Below, piece by piece: positions 57,265 to 64,000 of a DNA stretch of 64,000 nt. The translations under genes were made by a program, and so were the position numbers. The notes beneath the pieces were generated by a model, which saw only the letters and a program-made list of their open reading frames with translations, did no database searches and was not told the origin of the DNA. Each line of letters begins with the position of its first letter. Position 1 is the first letter of the stretch. The DNA is from Eledone cirrhosa (Eukaryota): contig OZ024755.1 in assembly GCA_964016885.1 (NCBI GenBank), positions 7,254,001 through 7,318,000 of the forward strand. Direction: 5' to 3'.

Positions 57265-57507
57265 AGGCGCGTGGCCTAGTGGTAAGGATGCTGGACTTGC
57301 GATCATAATGTGGGTTCGATTCCTAGCATGCATGTTGTGTTCCTGAGCAAAACACTTCATTTCACGTTGCTCCAGTATACTCAACTGAAAATGAGTACCA
57401 GCAATAGCTGGGGGTTTAACCCTGCGATGGATTGGCGTCCTGTCCAGGTGGGAATCTTGTATTCTCAGTCGCTTCACTCCATGAAACCGGCTAAATACGC
57501 CTTCTGG
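57265..57507 (+). mobile_element. S2 CORE-type tRNA-derived SINE, full length
   Basis: A box TGGCCTAGTGG, B box GGTTCGATTCC, CORE-like domain, tail GCGATGGATTGGCGTCCTGTCCAGG. Confidence 0.85.
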
Positions 57508-57540
57508 CTTAAAACAGACTTTAGACTTATATACATACAT

Positions 57541-57598
<58 letters not shown>

Positions 57599-57609
57599 GT
57601 ATATATGTA

Positions 57610-57653
<44 letters not shown>

Positions 57654-58865
57654 AGGTACAAATATATAATCAGTCTCAGTCTTACATATTAAAATAAAAT
57701 ACATGTTTTTTCCTACACATATAGTTTTTAAAGTAAATCTATTTTATTGGAATATGTGTCTTGATTTATTTGAATTTTATTCCATTTGCTCTATTCATTA
57801 CACATGTTCGTGTTACGTAACTATTTTTCTATATGTATTTTTTACTTATATACCGGCATAAACTTATACATAAGTATATATATATATATATATATATTCT
57901 CATACTTTCTCTATCCGCACTCCCCACACACAGCTTCGATTAATTGTGATTACCAATATCTCAATCACAGAACACGTCAGTGACGTTCTTTATATACATA
58001 CGTACACACACACACACACACGCACACGCACACGCACACAAGCACACGCACACACACACACATATATATATATACACATATATACACATACACAGACATA
58101 TATATATATGTATATATATATGTGTATGTATTTATGTATATCATTTGTAATAGTTTTAATATTAAAGAAAAAAAATATAATTTGACATGAATCCAGATGA
58201 AATTATTGCTGAAATATGTAGAATATATGCATAAATCGAACAGATCGATATCACCGCTATCTAATTCTGTTATTTATTCTATTGCAAATCTCATATGCTG
58301 CCAGTATAACCATTTATTCAACTATTTCTTTGATCCTATACAAAGATATACGTTTGTAATATCTTCAATATAGAATTTTCTTTTACAGAAACTAAAAGCA
58401 AATATCGTATTAGTTGATGCTACGGCATTCACAAAAAGAAGAATTTGGCAGTGGAATATATTTTAATGTATTATACCTCACAAGAATCTTTTAATTCCAT
58501 TACATGAGACAATACCAACACGATTGTCTCTATAGTTATTTAACAATGATTACTGTTATTATATGTAGTTATCAACTAACGTAAAGTTTTTCTCTTGTTA
58601 GATTGGTTGATACTTAAACCAATCTAAAGTATATTATATCTACTAATCTGTATGATATAACGTTGCTATAATACTCGTTTAAACACACACATATATATAT
58701 ATATCTATACAGGGTGTCTCCAAACCAATCTCATCTCATAGAAGGTATGTTACAGGACAGACGAGGCAATGAACAGCTCAGGACTGAATCCAATACTATT
58801 ATTATATGCTTGGTTTTGAGCCACTGTAAACTAATTAGGGCTCTATATCCCCGTCTCTTTCTATC

Positions 58866-58919
<54 letters not shown>

Positions 58920-58932
58920 GAGAGAGAGAGGG

Positions 58933-58963
<31 letters not shown>

Positions 58964-60852
58964 GGGAGAGCTGTTGTATGCTAAATCACATTAGGCTGCA
59001 ATTCTTTAGGCTGTTATGTATTAACGTATTTCTTCAAACCAATCTCATCTTTAACTAGTTCCATTGTATCTCCTTGATCCGTGGTCTGATAACTAATCCT
59101 AGTATATATTATCTTCAGCTATTCTCAGATAATTAGTTTTACTCTATATTTCCTTGATCTACTTACTAACCATTAACTCGTTCCTCTACATATTCTCATC
59201 AGCTGCTGTCTACTATATAGATTTACTATATATTTACTTGGGTTTCTGTCTACTAATCGTAATTACTATATATATTACCTTGAGCTACTATTTACTAACT
59301 ATAGTCACTATATATTACCTTGAACTACTCTTCACTACCTATAATCACTATATATTACGTTGAGCTTCTGTTTATTAAATAGATTCCCTATATATTCATT
59401 TGAGCTGTTGTACGGTGATCAAAATCTGAATATTTTTCTTTAAAGTCTGTATATTTCATAACCCAATGTTGCCGTTATCAGAAATCAAAGTTACGTAACC
59501 TGTTGGTAATTTTAAATAATTTAGAAAAGTAGTTGAGATACACAAAAGAGTAGAACGGCTTTACACCATGAAGAATGCAATATATAAGAAAGCAAAACCT
59601 ATTTAATATATATATATATATATTTGATAGGTTTTGCTTTCCTTTTATATTAAAATCACTTCTTTTTCATACCACAATAACCTTAATTCTTCTCCCGTTC
59701 ATATATTTACTGAGAAGCTTCTATTGATTTCTTGTAGCTGTTACCTTTCAACGTGATTGCTAATGTCTTCCTCAGGAAATGTAATTATATTCGATGGTGG
59801 ACCTATTCTAATAATTAAACTCTGCTAAGGGAGTTTCTCGGATTGGAAATGTATAAGATTTATGATCGCCTAATTACAGATTACTTCAATCTATCAGGCC
59901 AGAAACATATCACTAATGTCGATATAAAATCAATAAATATCGGTAATTTTTCAAAAGCATCACGAGTTCTATTTGAAGTGTTTTTATACCTAATATCAAA
60001 TAAAATCAGGGAATCCCATTATACATATTTTATAACCCAGGAAATACGTAGTATAAATATAAAACGTGGCTGTCATGATCATGAGAATCCATTGCTGACA
60101 TAATATACCTAATTTACCACCAGAACAGAGAATGACTTGTAATTTAGGCAGAAGGACAGCAACTCGAAGGAAAGGGGAGAATGTCGATACTATTGACCCC
60201 AGTATTTAGTTGGCATTTTTATTTTATAGACCATATGCTAAGAAAGTGAAATTAGGTAGACAGAAATCATATTGAAGCCCGTCAGATGGACGGTACCAGT
60301 AATTCAAAGAGCTAACTTCGTCACACGTTGCGTCACCCTGAATCTCTGTAAAAATTATGTGAAAGATAAGCATTTTTGTTGGAAACCCGGCCACATACAC
60401 GTTAAATTCACAAGCATGCTGTTCTGTTAAACAAAGAATTACAATACTTATAGTCGAAACTGACGGAGGTCCATTTCATCTCTTATTCCATATGTGGAAA
60501 TGGTCTGAACCGATTAAGAATCAATTTACTCCCAGATTCAGTAATTAAGAGACAATGCTATTCTGACAATACCAAACAATGAAGTAAATAGAAATATTTT
60601 AGTTGAAGACATCTGAAGAATGTATTGTACATTAATGGTAATAATAATATTTCTACTATTTTATGACCAATTACAGACGTCTTACTGTATGAAAACTAAT
60701 ATATCTACACACGTTAATACACCTAAGGAACATTATTAGCAATAATGACGTTACTGTTAATAAAATAGGAATCTTATTCCCAGAACATCTATTATTATAC
60801 GGATGCTTTGTTTCATTAGCTATTGCGTGTTCCTATAATATTTATTACTATT

Positions 60853-61180
60853 AGGGCGGTGGATTGGCAGTATCGGTAGAGCATCGGACACCATGCTTCG
60901 CGACATTTACGTTCTGAGTTCTTTGCTTTTCATCCTTACAGGGTCGATAAATAAAGCCTAGTAATACACTGGGGTTGATTTAATCGACTTTCTCTTCCCC
61001 TTCAAATTGTTGGCCTTGTGCCTATAATAGAAACCATTACTATTATTAGGGCGGTGGATTGGTAGTATCGGTAGAGCATAGGACACCATGATTCACGGCA
61101 TAGTGTTACGGCCATTTACTTTCTGAGTTCAAATCCCGTGAGGTTAACTTTGCTTTCATCCTTACGGATTAGAAACAATT
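60853..61180 (+). mobile_element. two tandem S1 SINEs
   Basis: AGGGCGGTGGATTGG heads at 60853 and 61048. Confidence 0.85.
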
Positions 61181-61644
61181 ATTATTATTATTGTCTATAT
61201 TGACGATGTTTTGTGTGAACGGATGTGTTGTCAAACGGCCTTTAGATGTCTGAAATTTTGCCAAGTTTTTAAACGAAAAACTCTTTTTTTATTTTTGGAT
61301 TATTTTCAAACAGAAAACGTTCAGAACGGTTGGAGGTTTATCCTAATATTTGGGGTAGACAAAACAGTGCTTTTAAATATGTAATTTGCTTTTTGATGGT
61401 GATGGTGTTGTTGGTGGTGTATTTATTTACCTATATTTCTTTGATTTTTTCTTGTGGGAGAACGTGATATGAAGACCATTTGTCCCAAAATTTAACATTA
61501 AATATAGCACAGACCTATTCGGACCCGTCGGACGGGTAAATCTCCTATCCCCTTTGGGGTGGGCTAGAGATGTTTTCTCTTGTGAAAATGAGTATAGCTT
61601 TAATTGTGTAAAATCTCATTTTGCCTCATTTCTCCCCGTTTCAT

Positions 61645-62145
61645 ATTGGTGGTTTGATTGTTGTTATTGGTGGTGTTGCTGTAGCTTGTGTTGTTGTTGG
61701 TGTGGTCGTTGTTCTTAGTGTTGTTGATATTGTGGTTGTGTTGCTGTTGTTGGCGTGGTTACTGTGGTTGTTGGACAATTAATAATGGCGGGGTTACTGT
61801 GGATGGTGGAACATTGGTGATGACGGAGTTACTTGGTTGGTGAAAGATTGATGGTGGTATGGTTACTGTGGTTGGTGGAAATTGAGGGTGGTGTAGTTAC
61901 TGTGATTGGTGAAAGATTGATGGTGGTGTGGTTACAGTGGTCGGTGGAAAATTGCTGATGGCGGGGTTACTGTGGTTGGTGGAAGATTTATGGTGGCCTG
62001 GTTCGGGGTTGATGGAAGATTGGTTGTGGTGGGGTTACTGTTGCTGGTGGAAGATTGATGGTGGTCTGTTTGCTGTTCTTGGCGTGGTTATTGGTGGTGG
62101 TGTTGCTACTGTGGTTGGTGTTGGTGGTGTTGCTACTGCTATTGT
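61645..62145. repeat. GT-rich degenerate minisatellite (GGTTACTGTGGTTGGTGGAAGATTGATGGTG)
   Basis: ~35-bp units. Confidence 0.8.
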
Positions 62146-62718
62146 TAATCAGTTCATACATAACGAAGACAGCCAAAAAAAAACCAACAAAAAACCCCCC
62201 CTCAAAATAAGCAACAAAAAATAAAAAGGAAAAAAATAACGGAAAAAAAGACAACCCAATACTATATTCACTTTAAGATTACAAAACATGTGAAGCATAA
62301 TGAAGAAATTTCGTTCGGTCTTCACATAGAGTCGAAATTCATTGTTGCTCACTGTTGAAATGGAACAGTTGCCAATATGAAGTGACATCCTGCTAAATCT
62401 ACAGCAACGTTTAGCTTTTAGTAATTACTGCACACAGTTAAGCAGATATAGCTTAATTATGTAAATATCAATCTATTGATTGATTGAAGCATTAGCAGGC
62501 ATGCAGAGTATAACATTCTCATCTATCTTACCTTCGTTCGTTTATTTATTCGTTGATTCGTTTATTCTATCATTCCTTTATACTTTATCTATTCTATTTT
62601 GTTATATTGTATTTTCTGGTTTGTTTTCCTATTCTTCATCTATTTCTTTCTCTAACAAATGTCTTAGTGGTGTTTTCTTTTTGCCCCATCCGTCTAACTC
62701 CGTACAACTACACATACA

Positions 62719-62774
<56 letters not shown>

Positions 62775-62778
<4 letters not shown>

Positions 62779-62967
62779 AAAGGAGTCAGGACCCCGACGG
62801 CTGAGCTCCGGCCGTTTCGACAGCTAGATTCGTTCGGATCTAGCTGTCGAAAGGCCGGAGCTTAGCCGTCGGGGTCTTGACTCTTTTCCTATTACCCACT
62901 CTACTACCCTAAGTATCGAGTACTCTGGTGCGTTATGGTCCACCTGGTTCCTTACCACACCTTCTTT
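62775..62967. mobile_element. family A inverted pair with tail
   Basis: arms 62775-62829 / 62838-62891 plus tail ending CACACCTTCTT(TA)n. Confidence 0.88.
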
Positions 62968-63025
62968 ATATATATATATATTGAGTACTCACATGAGTAG
63001 TGGTCTCCTCGGGATCAGCATCGCA

Positions 63026-63160
<135 letters not shown>

Positions 63161-63569
63161 AATCAACATGGGTTCAGTTTGAAACTGGCTAGACCATTAC
63201 TCAACAAAGTACTTGATACTTGGGGTAGTCGAGTATGATTATATTATAAAGAGCTCAGCCATCGGGTCGTGACGCTTTATAATATTATATATATATATAT
63301 AAAAGAGAAATGTGTTTTACATTAGGAAAGGACATGTATGTTAAGTCAGCGTTTTCGGGGGGAACTGTGGAGAAATGTATGTATGTATGTATGTATGTAT
63401 GTACGTATGTTTCATGGTGAGGAGGGTGACTTTGGACATCCTGCAGGACTAAAAACAAAACCTGTCAAAGGGCAAAGGAGCTCTTAAGAGTCAATGGCCA
63501 TCCAAAATCACCGGGAGAGATGACCACTTAGCCTTTGTCAAGGCAGAATTCTAGGAGAAGGAAAACTCT

Positions 63570-63918
63570 GATATAACACCTGCAACTCTGATGGTATCCA
63601 ATGATGTTGACTTGTTCTTCTTTTTGGTAAATATCATCTTGGTTAAGAGAGTGGGACTGGCTTTGTGCAGTGCCTTTGCTCACTATAAAAGCTTCACGGC
63701 ACAGGCATTGCTTTATATCTGGATATCTCTCTGCACTTGTCGTCACATGGTACCATGGACACTATGTGTCAATAATTGTCACAAGTGTAGTGTTTGTACC
63801 AGAGTTTTCAAGTCGCTGGCTGGACTAAAAAGTCACACTCGTTCAGCACATCAGTAGGGGTCTCCTACATGGATATAAAGTAGTGGCCGTACTCGAAAAC
63901 GAGTTGGCAGCCACCACG
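63570..63918 (+). mobile_element. probable RTE-clade 3' relic with terminal C2H2 finger
   Basis: HKCSVCTRVFKSLAGLKSHTRSAHQ* followed by a short CTCG AAAA CGAG hairpin 3' end. Confidence 0.5.
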
Positions 63919-64000
63919 TGTGTATGTACACATGCAATCATCTATCTATGTATATATGTATGCATGCCTATATGCATTCATGTATGAATACATGCATCAA

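Noticed and set aside
57265-57330. tRNA gene (also ~39785 and ~50995)
   Set aside because: A/B boxes present but no complete cloverleaf; at 57265 it continues into a SINE body
63775-63857. C2H2 zinc-finger host gene
   Set aside because: Single finger with no TGEKP linker, followed by a stop and a LINE-like 3' end; better explained as an RTE C-terminus

Overview
AT-rich, microsatellite-saturated eukaryotic DNA. The SINE set and the (TA)n/(CA)n/(GA)n density point to a cephalopod, probably Octopus (inference). No intact protein-coding gene is evident, and the long Tyr-Ile/His-Thr ORFs are microsatellite artefacts. The window holds many tRNA-derived SINEs, several MITEs, minisatellites, a retroposed 18S rRNA 3' end and decayed non-LTR retrotransposon fragments from four clades (Tx1/L1, RTE, CRE, R2/NeSL-like). 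The main signal is about 30 short (100-600 bp) non-coding inserts from roughly a dozen sequence families. Almost all sit in (TA)n tracts, and most carry a type I hammerhead ribozyme fold that I paired by eye (stem I - CUGANGA - stem II - GAAA - often palindromic stem III - NUH - stem I). Many are head-to-head inverted repeats with one arm extended by a 3' tail, the architecture known from Penelope-like elements. This suggests a diverse, TA-targeting, ribozyme-bearing non-autonomous retroelement system. Family letters are my own labels. Coordinates were read by eye and may be off by a few bases.
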